A DNA stretch of 61,758 nt, filler included, from Ionaspis alba (GCA_964255285.1; 10 parts of 10 records of this genome joined end to end with filler, not necessarily neighbours in it), one strand, 5' to 3'. Counted from the whole stretch's first letter, positions 10,165 through 23,724 are shown. A program made the numbers and translations. Notes: generated from the letters alone by a model not told the origin.

Positions 10165-12312
10165 ATGATGGCTGAACGTTCTAAAGAGAATCCTGCAAAG
10201 CGTCGACGTCTGTCTCTACTGGGAGTTCATCCGCCAACCTTAGAGATGCCTCGAGAAACAGCGCACTGGGCTTTGTACAACAAAGAAAGCCCGAAAGACA
10301 GGAGGACCACGGAAGATTCGAATATCTCCATCTCTTCCACTTCTAAGCTGGCTGGCCAGACGGTTGCACCTTTTCTTGCAAAGCATATACCGGAGCAGTA
10401 TGCACCTCTGGGAGGGCTTGAACGAACCGCTGGGCAGCCCAAAAAAGATGCAAACTCGAAATACTGTTATCGACATAGACCGGATCTGAAATGTAGGCGA
10501 CAGGCAAATGAGCCATCAATGGATCAGCTGCAACGGGTGAGTGCGTCTTTCGTGTGCGGCCCTCGTCAACTCGACTGATAGAATCCCTAGGAACTCGAGA
10601 CACTCTCGCAGAGTGACCAGCAAGGCATCGCACACGTCTGGGCTCTCTTTTCAGCAGCTCCATCGAAGCATCGAAATCTCATGCTTCAAGGTATCCTCAC
10701 CCAATGTTGCTTCCCCCAGCTCTCCTATCTTTCTGCCAATGTTCGGGAACTGATTCGGATTGACTTCCTCTCCGCGTTGCCGACCGAAATGGCATTCAAG
10801 ATCTTGTGTTACCTTGACACCACGTCGTTGTGCAAAGCAGCACAAGTCAGTCAACGATGGCGAACCTTGGCGGACGATGATGTGGTCTGGCATAGGATGT
10901 GCGAGCAGCACATTGACCGGAAGTGTACTAAGTGCGGCTGGGGTTTACCTTTGCTTGAGAGGAAGAGACTGAGGGCTTCTAAGAGGCAGATTCAGCTGAG
11001 AGCAACTGGCAAGGGGCTCAACGTTTGGTCACCAGATATCACACCATTTCCGGAAACAAGTCCACAGGAGCTCTTGGCAGCGAGGGAGCGAGCAGGAAGA
11101 GCTATGAACGGCTTACGAGAACGGGCACCGAGAAGCTCAAGCCTGAAACCTGAATCGGCTGCCCTTATCTCAAGTCAACAATCCAGACGGTCTGCATCAT
11201 CGGATCTCGACGAATCATATTTCAAACCACGCTTTCGGCCTTGGAAAGACGTCTACAAGGACAGATTTAAGGTCGGATCGAATTGGAGACATGGTCGGTA
11301 TTCGACTAAGATCTTCAAAGGTCATACGAACGGGGTCATGTGCCTGCAATTTGATGATCATATCTTGGCCACTGGGTCATATGATGCAACTATTAAGATT
11401 TGGGACTTGGACACTGGCGAAGAAATAAGAACACTGAAGGGGCACTCGTCCGGCATTCGTTGCCTTCAATTCGACGATACCAAGCTTATCAGCGGCAGCA
11501 TCGACAAGAGTCTCAAGATATGGAATTGGCGGACTGGCGAGTGCCATTCCACATATACTGGCCATAGTGGTGGAGTCATAGGTCTACATTTCGACTCTGC
11601 CATCCTTGCTTCTGGCTCAATGGACAAAACAATCCGGATCTGGAACTTCGAAGACAAATCCACCTGCGTCCTCCGTGGTCATGACGACTGGGTCAATTCT
11701 GTGAAAGTGGACACAGCATCACGGACCGTCTTCTCCGCTTCTGACGATCTGACTGTTCGGTTATGGGATCTCGACACCAAGACCACTCTCAAAGTATTCA
11801 ATGGCCATGTCGGCCAAGTGCAGCAAGTCCTTCCCCTACCCATGGAATTCGACTTCGACGAAGCAGACTCCGACTCCGACACAGACGATCACGATGACTC
11901 AGCCTCCATGGGCAGCGCCCAGCACGGTGTCGGTACTCCACCTCGCTCGGTTGGAGACCCTACATGGTCGGGACGTGCTGATCCACCACGATACATGCTT
12001 ACTGGTGCTTTGGACTCGACGGTCCGGCTCTGGAATGTGGCTACTGGCAAATGCGTTCGCACGTTCTTTGGTCATGTCGAAGGCGTCTGGGCACTAGCTG
12101 CTGATACGCTGCGTGTAGTTAGTGGAGCCGAAGATCGAATGGTCAAGGTCTGGGATACCAGAAGTGGGAGATGTGAGCGGAACTTTACTGGGCATGCTGG
12201 ACCGGTTACTTGTATTGGACTGAGCGATAGTCGGATGTGCACTGGGAGTGAGGACTGTGAGGTTAGGATGTACAGCTTCAAAAATGATGGGAATGACGAC
12301 ACAGAGATCTGA
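10165..12312 (+). CDS. sconB: F-box/WD40 sulfur controller SconB/Met30 (SCF substrate adaptor)
   Basis: [16 protein letters not shown], intron 10537-10590, F-box [39 protein letters not shown], then WD40 repeats ([12 protein letters not shown]...). Confidence 0.96.
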
Positions 12313-12424
12313 TTGGCCTGGCTCNNNNNNNNNNNNNNNNNNNNNNNNNNNNNNNNNNNNNNNNNNNNTTAATTAATTAANNNNNNNNNNNNNNNNNNNN
12401 NNNNNNNNNNNNNNNNNNNNNNNN

Positions 12425-14147
12425 CCAGCTGTTCATATTCCGCTCGATCCGAAAGAACAACCTATCCTCGATCAACTACTATATATTCGAGATCAACTGT
12501 CGCTGTTGAAACAGGACAAGTCGACCTATATCAAATCAAAAGATGTGCTCAGCCTACACGATAAAGTGATCGAGCAGGTCGAGCGATTGAACAAATTGCG
12601 AGCAGATGATGCAAAGCCCTTGGAGCAAAACCGAGGTTTGTCTTTCTTTCTAGTGCTACAATCGCAAGCACACGAGCAATTCTTCTCGTGGACTCCTAAC
12701 TAATGATCACTCTTTTTTAGTCGATACCGTCCTCGAAGATTGCTTTCAACTGATATCACTGTTCTTCCTGACGATTGGGCGCAACAATGAAGCACCTGCT
12801 GTGTAAGGCAACATGATTGCCCTTTGGAAGGACATGTATTCTGACCAAGCGCCCAGATACTCTATGACCTCGACTATCAAAGTTTGCAATCCTTCAGAAC
12901 CCCTATGACCGTGTAATCTGACTGGGTGCAGCGACTACTGGATCATCTCAAAGAGGCTGGCTTCTTCTCAGCAAAAGACCTCGACAGTATCGAGCACAGA
13001 TTTGTTATAATGCGGGAAACGATACTCCGTGGGCAAGATGCATACTCGCCGCATTTGCTCACATTACTTTCCAATCGCCTGGACACATGCCACAAGATCC
13101 TAGAAGAACTTCATGCCTCCATGGCGGAAATGTCACCTGACCTGGCTCCTATACATGAGAAGTTGGTTTCGATATTGCGCTCGATGGCTGCAGCAAATAC
13201 GCGGAGTAACGTGCGTGATCCGGGTATCGTTCTTGAATTCCGGTTAATAGAGGATCATAGTTTCCTGCAGCGGAAGTCCGAGCCTTCCAAGACCAGTTGA
13301 AGGAGATTCAAGGGACAATGGTGGACAACAAATTCGTAAACGCAGATGGGACGGCACCTCCTGGTCAAGACATTGTTGTAGGACTTCTGCACCGGTGTCT
13401 GCTATGGGCTGAATTGTGTCTTGAGCGGTAACACTCCTTTCCATTTCAAGTGTCGCCTTCAGAGACTGAATGGCTTTTAGGGACGGGAAAATCGACGAGC
13501 GATTCAAGACGATTTATGACAAATTGATCGGCATCCGGAATCAACTTGAGAAGCTCTCACTCACACAGGCGTGGTCGCTTCGGGAAACAGATCTTTACAG
13601 CTACCAGCGGCAGCTCGATAGGATTGACGAATCTCGGGTAGACGGAAATTTTCATGACGCTCAGGGCAGACCAGCCGATCTACATGCTCAACGAGTAAGT
13701 CTCTGTGAAACCGAATCTGCTCTATATTCTAATACGATCTAGACACTCCTTTACCTCATCCGGCGCAGTTATGCTTATATTTACACCCTCATCATCGCCT
13801 CGGAACCTGTTTCGGAAGCTTTACTGCCGGTCTTCAACCAACTGCAAACCTTACGACGGTGTCTCATCGAGGTCAAAAAGTCTGGTGGAGTCTCTTCACC
13901 CCGAGAGCTATATCCTTACAGCATGAAGGTGTGCCATCTATATCTCTTTCTTCCCTTGCATTACGCCAGAGCTAATCATTTCCGATAGCTGAATTCCATT
14001 GACAATATGCGGGTCGATGGCAAATTCATGGTCGGCTCGGATATACCAGAAGGCCAAGGAAGCGTGAATGCTCTGATGTCCGAATGTTTCGATTTGGCTT
14101 ACGAGTTGAGAGTGGCGGCGGAGGATAATGATGCGTCGGAGGATTGA
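12425..14147 (+). CDS. DUF2408/UPF0662 family protein (yeast YPL260W/Cub1-like), multi-exon, first few codons missing
   Basis: PAVHIPLDPKEQPILDQL, LLKQDKSTYIKS, FFLTIGRNNEAPA, RLLDHLKEAG, LTQAWSLRETDL, SEPVSEALLP, RELYPYSMKLNSID, PEGQG. Several GT-AG introns; TGA at 14145-14147. Confidence 0.88.
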
Positions 14148-14633
14148 GTATATGGTCGTTTAGCGAGGCGTTTGAGGGGGAGGTCTTGTCATATTGTGCT
14201 ATGGAATACCTCTTTCCTAGCCGGAAGAATCCTCTTGAGATTTCTACACGTATTGCCAATTCGTTAGGGAGCTTATTTGTACAAATTGCGGGGTTCTGCT
14301 CCCTGTTTTCTCACACCCTTCTGATGGTGATGGATGCCACTCGAAATTGGATGAAATAGTTCCGTAGTTATCCTCTGGAGGAGTTTCTACGTCCGATCAT
14401 GACCGGCGAAACCTGGAAGCCGGCTTTGCAATTTGGAACATATACTGCAGGCTGCCAACTAGCCCTAAGCCGAGCTTAACCACCATTACCCGCCTCTACT
14501 GGTCTTCCAATCCTCAACTCGTATGATGCTCCAAAAACCTGTCTATATCACCCGCTTTCTCCATAATTTACAAATATCTCCTCGGTATTTCATTGACTAT
14601 CGACCATCCCAGACTCGGAGCTTCACAGCAAAA

Positions 14634-15299
14634 ATGGCAGCAAAGCAAGAATGGCTCGTCATTGCTCCCGATCATCCGGGAGCACTGGAGAAGAGGATGA
14701 AAGTCCGGCAGTATGTTTCCATTCCGCGACCAATTACTGCACTCGGAAGCGATGAATACAGGAGGATATTGGCCGCTCTTGGAGAACTGGTCTGACGAGT
14801 GTGCAGGCAGCATTTTGACGAGCTGACAAGCAAAGGCGGAGCGGACTACTGGACTCTAGGAGGTACGGAGCCTCTAATCTCCTTGAGTGCATGACTTAAT
14901 TTCACTCAATCGATTTCTTCTCCCAATTTGTATGTGTGAAAGAAGGGTTGCCTCAAGATAATGCATGTTTACTGCCAACATATCTTTTCACACTTTATGT
15001 CTACGACTCTGAACAATGTATAGGGGCTATGTTGGACGAACCGATCAAGGATGGCGAGGGCCTGAAGATTAATGGAAGCGTCATGATGGCTGCGGCTGAG
15101 ACCGCTGAGGAGGTATTGGAGAAGCTGAAAAAGGACGTCTATGCGAAAGAGGTTTGGGACTTTGAGAAGGTGCAGATTATTCCGGTACGTTGTGACCTGA
15201 TTGCCACTGTACAACTGGCAAAGGCAAAAAGGTTGTCATGGGTTAGCCAGAACGTGCTCACGGTCATAGGTCAAACTTGCCATCCGAAAGCCCCTATGA
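14634..15299 (+). CDS. YCII-related domain protein (4 exons; optional upstream in-frame ATG at 14523)
   Basis: EWLVIAPDHPGALEKRMKVR, QHFDEL..YWTLGG, AMLDEP..KINGSVMMAAAETAEEVLEKLKKDVY..VWDFEKVQIIP, VKLAIRKPL*. Confidence 0.85.
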
Positions 15300-15476
15300 T
15301 GAGCTTAATGGGTGCTTGGAGTGGCCATAGAAATTGGGACTGAATGTTATATGCAAGTCTAACATTGAGCACTGGGAATATAGTCGACGATCCTGCTACG
15401 GATTCTCAAACAAAATCGGAGTATATAACGATGCATTTGTCAAAAAGGAGTATATGTACACGTGCTCTAAGGTCTA

Positions 15477-17166
15477 TCACAACTTCGCCTTTGGCTTCTC
15501 CTGCTTTAACATAGCGTCCGCGACCATCCTTCGCTGAATTTTTCCAGTAGCGGTCTTGGGCATATTTTCCGTAAAGAATATCTGAACTCATCAGCAATGG
15601 TCCAGTCCGCTGGAACGAGAAAGACATACTTTCTTGGGTACCTTGAATTTGGCAACCTTCGAAGCCATCCATTCTCGGAGCTCGTCCGCTGACATCTTCT
15701 TGCCTTCCTTCAGAACCACTGCGAGCCCCACGTCTTGACCGTACATCTCGTCCGCTATCGCGAAGCTGACAGCCTCACTGACAGCTGGATTTTGAGCGAC
15801 AACATTGTCTAGCTCTATTGGGCTGATCTTCTCTCCACCCTTGTTGATGAGCTCCTTGATTCGTCCTGTGATAATCACATACCCGTCCTCATCCTGCTTT
15901 CCTTGGTCTCCAGTCCTGAAATATCCTTCCTTCGTGAATGATGATTTGTTAGCTTCTGGGTTGTTCAAGTACCCCTTAGTCACATTCTCGCCTCTGATGC
16001 ATATCTCAGCCTCTGAACCTTGAGGAACTTCTTTGCCAGCCTGGTCAAGGATTTTGACTTCGACCCCTTGTCCAATGCCTACACTTCCAGGATATCTCTT
16101 GGCAGGAGGCAATGGGTTCGAGGTCATTTGATGAGCAGCCTCAGTCATAGCATACGCTTCCAGTACTGGCGCGTTAAAAGCCTTTTCGAGCTCGTGAAAG
16201 GTTTTAGGTGATAGTGGAGACGAACATGATCGAATGAACCGGATATTAGGAACCTTGCTTGGTGGAGGATTCTTGAGGAGGATCTGATGAATGGTTGGCA
16301 CTGCAGTGTACCAATTGGCTTTATATTTGATGAAGTTTTCCCAAAAGTCGGATGCAGAGAACTTGAGTGGGACAATAACCGAGCCTCCAGATAGAAGAGG
16401 CGCGAGGAAGCCTGCTAGCAGACCGTGGACATGGAACAAGGGCATGACTAGCAATGTACGGTCCTTAGGGGTCAGCTTGTAAGTATCTCGGATATTCACT
16501 ACATTATATCAGCCCAGTTCGACATCTATAGCCCCGGAAACGTACACATAGTTCTTGTTAGATTTCGGTGGGTCAAAGGAACCTGACCAGAGGTCAATAT
16601 CACCATCCCATGCGAATCTTTGCTGTACTCACAGCCTTCGGCCTTCCCGTAGTACCGCTGGTGTGCAGCACGAGAGCAACATCATCCGGTTGAGCTCTCT
16701 CAATTTTCTGGTTGCCTTTGCCGGAAAGCTTGCCAGTCTCCTTGACGTCGAGAACCACTTCTCGGCCATTCCAATAGCATTCAGCAATGGCAGCCTTATA
16801 CTTCCTCGCGGCACGGACTGCAGGACCATCTTGCTGAAAAGCACCCTGCGGTACAAGAGCAACTGCCGAGCTGAGATCGTCGATATAGAACTCGAACTCA
16901 TCCTGCTTATAAGCGGAGTTCAACGGCGCAGCTATAGCTCGCTGCCAGGAAGCGGCCAGAAATGCAACGATGAAAGCATATGAATTTGGAAGTGCAATTG
17001 AAACGGCAGCTTGAGGTGTGACCCCCAATTTTGCAAGCTTCTTCTGAAACGACGAGACCTCCGCAGTGAGCTGCTGATAAGACACTATCAACGGGTTTGA
17101 CTTGTCAGGGACAATGATTGCTGGGGCTTGCCCATCTGATGAGAAGGAGGATGAGAGAGTAGACAT
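15477..17166 (-). CDS. pcs60: Peroxisomal acyl-CoA synthetase / oxalate-CoA ligase (Pcs60-like)
   Basis: AMP-binding LHTSGTTGRPKAV, PLFHVHGL, EAYAMTE, FRTGDQG, GRIKELINKGGEKISP and PKTATGKIQRR. C-terminal PTS1 ...KPKAKL*. Confidence 0.93.
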
Positions 17167-17441
17167 CGTTGATAGAATTACCGATAGAAAGAGAATGAGA
17201 TATTTCTAGGTGAATATATACAAAGAAGGCACACGACGGACTTACGGAGCTACGGGACTGTTTGAGAAAGCACTATGACGTTTCTTATCCGTGGTCTTGG
17301 TACAGTAAGTGTCGTCCGAAAAATTACCGGCTACGCTACTGTTGTAGGGCTGGGTAATATATTCATATGCGATTCTCGTTCCGTTCACAAACCTCTCTTA
17401 CAATTACTTTGAGGTCCAGTACCTCATTTCTCACCTTTATC

Positions 17442-18526
17442 ATGACCTCAGACGCTCCGCCGAAGCCTGCTAGGTCTGGCTTGTCTCTCTATGCCAATCT
17501 CCTTGACCCGTCTTCATCGTCTGCCGCTCCAGGCACCATTTCGAGGGCACCGGTTGTCTTCAAGCATCCTCCAGGAGAAGACAGCCGACAAGATGAAGTC
17601 TCTGCGCAGAAGCAGCAGATAAGTGCCGGTAGATATAAATCTGCCCCCGTGTGAGAGCATCACTTTGCGAATTGGATTGGCTCACGATTTACCTGGGTTC
17701 TTTTGCTGTTCACAGCATCTCTACGTTTTCAGCCTACAAAAAGACCCCAGATATCTACGCAGAAGCCCAAACCAAAGGCGCCGTTGGCGAAGTCTATTCC
17801 TCCTACTGTCTCTGCAGCTCCAGTAGTCTCTGCGGTACCTGAACCACAAAGCAACGTTGCACGTCCTCCGCCCAAGACTTCCATAGCCGACTGGACAGGT
17901 GACGGAGACGACGACGATGTTAACGGCTTCTATGGTGGAGAGAAGCGTCAGCGTGGCGGCCGTAAGAAACGGAAGAAGAACAAAGAAGAGTCTCATGTCC
18001 CTCAAAATTGGGACGACATCTACGACCCGTCGCGGCCGAACAGTTACGAAGAATACAAGAACAGCGATGAGAAGATCCGAGAAGTGAGAGAATGGAAAGA
18101 TAGACTGTATGCTCATCGTATGGCCCGTAGACGAAGCGACTACTCGGATAGCGATGACGGGTCTAGTTCTCGGCCTCAATTGAACAGTCCGCCGTCCATA
18201 AACCCTGAATATGGGCGCAGCTAACACTTCTCAGATCAATTTGCGCCTCCTTCTATGTCATTCGCACCACCACCAGACTTGAACAAAGACACCGACATGC
18301 CTACTCCTACAACAGTACCAGATGATGTTTCCGGAGAAGACGCCTATGCCCGCCGTATGCGACTCTCCGGCATACAAAATCCCAGCACCTCGACTCCTCC
18401 ACAACCTGCAACATTCGCACCTCCGCCACCCTCTGCGTTACCCGCTCAGCATGCACCGCCCCCCCCTCCTCCACCTCCAAGCGATCTTAACACCCAATTC
18501 ACCTCTCAAGCGCCCCCTCCACCTCC
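17442..18526 (+). CDS. SPF45/DRT111-like splicing factor (G-patch/RRM family), 3'-truncated
   Basis: GLSLYANLLDP, SLRFQPTKRPQ and SPF45-type motif WDDIYDPSRPNSYEEYK, plus SGEDAYARRMRLS. G-patch and RRM lie beyond the scaffold end. Confidence 0.82.
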
Positions 18527-18626
18527 NNNNNNNNNNNNNNNNNNNNNNNNNNNNNNNNNNNNNNNNNNNNTTAATTAATTAANNNNNNNNNNNNNNNNNN
18601 NNNNNNNNNNNNNNNNNNNNNNNNNN

Positions 18627-20713
18627 AGCCGTCAAGTTTCGGGGCGTGATCCGCACAAAGAAGTCCTTTTGATAGAAAATCCCATGACAGCGACTACTCC
18701 ATGGCTTAATGGGTCTGGTCGTGACAACGTCCCAGCGGCGCAATACCTATACCACAAATCCACCATATGTGTAAGCCTTGCTCGTGTCTGTAATATGAAT
18801 TGACGGGAAGGAAAATGAATCGAGAGGGCACGCTAAAAGCAGATTGAAAAATTCGAATAGATATAGAAATGCAATCATACCTCGACAAAAAATTTGCTCT
18901 GATTCGTGTTCGCCATACGGATTCCCAGACATCGGGTCGAGCCCCACCCAAAGACCAGTTCTATGACACGTTCCATCTCGCGCAGGCGCTTGGGTTCTGT
19001 GTCAAGCCAACGTTCTGGCCGGAAAACCTTGGCATCGGGACCGAATACGTCATTGAGGAGAAGGCCAGGAAGATTAAAGCCAATGTTCACCCCTCCAGGG
19101 ACGAATTGGTCATTTAGAATATCCCCTGAGGGAGGCGTGACACGTTCGCGAAGATAGGTAATCGGCACAAAGACGCGCAGACCTTCTCGTATACAAGCTT
19201 GGAGATAGGGGAGTTTGCGGACTTCTTCTTCTAGCGCTGGCGAGGAGATAGTGCCTTTAGCAATATGGGAATCGATTTCACGCTGAAGACGGTTGTAGAC
19301 TAGTGGATTGCTTATGACATGAAGAAGAATAGCGCGTATAGACGTAGCGGTGGTATCAGAGCCTGCAAATCTGTTTAAAGAAGGTTAGCAACCTGAATAT
19401 CCTTATTGACGAAATTCAGGTGCAAAAGAGCCTTACAGGGAGATAGTAATCTCTAGCTCTGCTTGATGCCTGTCAAGACCATGCTTCAAGAAAGAGCCAA
19501 GCATGTCATTTTTATCGTGAACATCGTGCGCAAATCGTTCCTCGATAACTTCGCGGGAGATCTGCCAAGCTCATTAGATCCCCTACAACAATCGGCTGCC
19601 AAGATTCAAGAAATCGTCACCCCAATGATCCTGCCAATCCCACTTGCATCCCTGGCCGAAGGAAGGATTCGTCTGACATAAGGAATATAGGAAATCAAAG
19701 ATAGCAAACTGCTGACTTCTGTATATATTGAGAATTTCTCCACAATTGGTAGCCTTTCTTGCAGAGTTTTCAGAAAGTCGTAACAGTCTGCATGCTTTGC
19801 AACAAATCCAAATGGAAATCCAAAACACAGACGACAAATCATATCGGTAACCAGGTACTGAACACTCATGCCAATCTCAAACTCTTTACATGGATGGCCA
19901 GGAGAGGAAACTCCATGCTTCTCAACGTATTGAATCCATTCCTGAAGACTTTGGTCTATATCTTCTTCGAAGCCTTCGATATCTTTGCCATCGTATCCCG
20001 GAGCCATCTGGTGGCGTAAGGTATTATGAATCTGCAGGTCCTTCTCTGTTATAAGGTTGGCCTTGTTTGGATCAAGCCGGAGACTGTCAAACCAAGGTCC
20101 TCGCAGGTAATTNNNNNNNNNNNNNNNNNNNNNNNNNNNNNNNNNNNNNNNNNNNNNNNNNNNNNNNNNNNNNNNNNNNNNNNNNNNNNNNNNNNNNNNN
20201 NNNNNNNNNNNNTGGCCTTGTTTGGATCAAGCCGGAGACTGTCAAACCAAGGTCCTCGCAGGTAATTCGATCGCGCCGCAAGTATCCTTCGAAAAACATT
20301 TGGATCGCTGGTGATGAGATGATTTGGGCCGATTCGGGCAATGGGACCTAAGAAAACACTTCGTCAGGAATAGCCAGTAATTGTCTCTTCACCTCATGAT
20401 TGAGCCTCGTATATGTCAAGGGATCCTCGGCATTGGAAGTGAGGAAGGATAGAGATGTACCATATCGCTCGTTCACCTCAATATATCGACTTGGGGAATC
20501 CTCCGAAGCAAGTGTTTTCAGCAGCCAGATTCGTGAAAATGCCGCCCACCGCGGCCCAGGAAAATCTGATAGGTGGAAGAAGCGGCGCACAACCAGACGG
20601 TATACAAAACAAGAGAAAAGAATGATTATGCAGATCGTCAGACGATATTGCCACAACCTGTTCACGACAGTATCAAAGGCAGGAGCCAGAACAAGTAATG
20701 AAGCCATGAACAT
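18627..20713 (-). CDS. Cytochrome P450 monooxygenase (pisatin-demethylase-like clan), multi-exon; stop codon just off the scaffold edge
   Basis: TM anchor, FPGPRWAAFSRIW, ARIGPNHLITSDP, I-helix FAGSDTTATSIR, K-helix EGLR, FRPERW, heme motif FGWGSTRCLG. Last exon VLRRWDVVTTRPIKPWSSRCHGIFYQKDFFVRITPR. Confidence 0.93.
20058..20267. repeat. 55-bp exact direct repeat flanking a 100-N gap (assembly overlap artefact)
   Basis: 20058-20112 is identical to 20213-20267. Collapsing the two copies restores a continuous P450 frame (..RSNYLRGPWFDSLRLDPNKANLITEKD..). Confidence 0.9.
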
Positions 20714-21917
20714 CAAGTCAAGGAGCTTGACTGTGTGTTCCAAAGAATACAGACACTATAGCATTTCTTAGACGCAAGTGTAGATGTAAGCATTCGTTCA
20801 TAAACAGGGTACGACTTGAAGGCCTCGCCACACTCGATCATGGTCAACGGAAATCAGTAAGGTCCGTTGCCAGGATTGTGATTCAAAGAACTAAGCCTCG
20901 TAAGTCTATGACCCTACCGAAGGATGAGTTCAACCGGGTTCATCGAGGTACACAAAGCTAGCGCAAAAAAAGACGACAGGAGGAGAATAATCGTCGAGCG
21001 GTCACAACTGGTAAAGTGCCAAAGCACCAGCCGTAACGTAAGGTTACATTGCACCCCCATTCAACGGCGCCGCCCTGTCAGAAAGCGTCGATTGAGGGTA
21101 GGCTCATTCACTGCGGATTCTAACAACCATACGACCAATGTTGAGACAATTGAGAAACCGCTGTTTCATGACAATATGGAAGTGAAGGGGCGAGCTATTT
21201 CTTGAACCGTTCGAGGAAGCCGCTACAGTCTTCAGACAAAGGCAAAGAGTCGAGCTGGACGGAGAGAACCCGTTGGTTCCATTCTGTCCTAGCAAGAATC
21301 TGTAGAGCTGGGAACTAATGTAAGAGATCTGCTGCACACCCATACTCAGCCGTACGGGTAGATGTCGAGTGAGTGAAGCGGAGTTGATGTGAGGTTACTT
21401 CCGGAGCTGAAGCTGAGCTCCAGGGCAAGGAATAACGGGCACTAGTGCATTGACGGGATGACGGGCATTAGTGGAAGGATGAGATACAGGGGTATCACTG
21501 TGAAGGCTATTGCGCACCAGAACCGTTTTCGCCCCCAACTCTTGAACGGAGACCACGCCGACTTGGTTGATGGCAAGAGCGCCGACACCGATGCCCGACA
21601 AATTTCCTCTCTTCGATCGCTCTGGCTGAGATAATGCAGGTCATCCCGTTTGCCGACATGTACCAGTCGGAGGCTATGCCTGCTGCACTGCGAGCGTCAT
21701 TCCAGGGTCCACGCAATCCTTCATACCGGAGAGGAAGGTCTTTCCCAGCCGCATTCTGCGTTCTCTATTGTTATCTTGGGAATATGTCCTGCTACAGCCA
21801 TCACTATTCTTGTGGACCTTTGCTTTGCAACGATCTTCTGGGCATCGTTGTCCACGTTAGCGGACGAGCAGTTGCAAAGTTCATTAGCTCCGTGAAAGTC
21901 AATCCTATATCATAGAA

Positions 21918-23724
21918 ATGCTGAGCTCCAGTGACGGGTCTTTGATGCTGTCATGGGTGGCTAATCTCGTAGCTTCCTATCCGACTGCGCTGATTACCAC
22001 GTTGACCATTCCAACGCTCTTGCTCCTGTGGCGACTTTGGAGGTTTTCTTTTGCACCGCTGTTGTGGCCAAATGAGCCAAAACCATTACCTTACTGGGTC
22101 CCCATAGTAGGTAGGTACTCGGTCTATGCTTCCACCACTGACCATGAGCTGTCAAGGCTGATTATGAGATGCGTAGGGCATACTTGGGAGTTTATGCACC
22201 GTTCACAGGCACTGTTTAGTAGAGGACAGTAAGTTCAAATTTCGCCAAAAGCTAAAGAACTCCTGAACCGAAAGCCATCCGTTTACTGAATGGTTCACAG
22301 ATCGTGTTTCCCAGATGGGCAGCCTTATGCTCTCACCATAGCTGGACAGAAGATGGTTGTTGTACAGAACACCCAAGAAGTTGCCTACTTATGGAAACAA
22401 ACTGTAGCCTTCACATTCGAACCTTTTGTCCAAAATATCATGAGGGCATTTGGATTCAACTATACCGCAGTAGAGAACATGTTTCATGAGGATCCAGCGC
22501 ATTTACTTGCGACGAACGTCAAGTCGTCTTCACTGCTCTCGACCGCCAACCCAAAGGGCAAGTGCTACTTTAATATGCAAAGTGAATGGCTCAAACACCA
22601 GCTTCTTCCAAACGATAATGGCAATCTGAGAGGCCTCCAGGACAAATATACTCATTATTTATCAGAATCACTTTCATGGGAGGCACTCGTGGATAGATTC
22701 ATCCTCGAATCGAACGTTCATGGCAAAACAATATCTCTGAAGCAATTCACGAGACAGATCCTAGGAGATTGTGCGATGAAAGCTTTTTTCGGCACGAAGC
22801 TTTTCGAGACATCGCCTTTGTTTCTACCTCATTATCAAAAGTACGAAGACGACAGCTGGAAGATATTCTTCAACTACCCTCGGTTTATGGCAAAAGAGGT
22901 ACATAGGGCCAAGGACAGAACACTAGATGACTTAGTTAGATTCTACGCACTTCCAAAAGAGCAAAGGCCGGGTATGGCATGGATATTTCAAACTCTGGAC
23001 TCGGAACTTAATAGCCTGGGTCTCAATCCACGTGATAGAGCTGGAATTATGATGATGATTACATGGGCGTAAGTTATAAGGACCGAAATTTTATCCAAAC
23101 CTAACGGACCTTTCCTGACGCTGAAACAGAATCAATCACAACGCACATAAGATATCTTTCTGGATGTTTGCACATATCCTCTACAATCCAGTCCTCCTTC
23201 GAAATGTCCGTATGGAGACCTCAAAAGCCTTCGACGCAGATGGTTCTGTAAATTTGAAAGTTCTATTGTCAGACTGTCCTCAACTCGACGCAATATGGTT
23301 TGAAGTCCTCCGCATCTACAATAACGCCGCCATTGCTCGCAAAGCCACGGTCGACTCTACTGTTGGTGGGAAAACAGTTCACAAAGGTGAAACGGTTTTA
23401 GGGCCTTTTCGCCAATTCCATATGGACTCAGGGATCTTTGGCCCTAGCGCATCGAGCTTTGATTCAAATCGCTTCCTAAACAACCAGAGCCTTCAACATA
23501 CAAAGGGATACCATCCATTCGGCGGGGGAAATACCTACTGTCCAGGAAGATTCTTTGCACGATCGGAAATTTATATTTTCATTGCTACGGCGCTGGACCG
23601 CCTTGATCTCGAGGTAGCTCCGGGTCAGACGATCCCAGAAGTCGACTTAGAGACACCTTCATCGTCTGCGATGCCGGCGACGCGAGACGTCTTTGTCAAC
23701 ATCAAGCCGCGGACAAAGCGTTGA
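21918..23724 (+). CDS. Cytochrome P450, CYP7/CYP8-like (group IV) type, 4 exons
   Basis: TM anchor, EPKPLPYWVPIVGH, I-helix MITWAINHNAHK (spliced across ~23069-23129), EVLR, FDSNRF, heme motif PFGGGNTYCPGRFFA. Confidence 0.92.

Noticed and set aside
20058..20267. Internal duplication, insertion or pseudogenisation of the P450
   Set aside because: The exact 55-bp copy on both sides of an N gap is typical of a k-mer overlap artefact, and collapsing it restores the frame.
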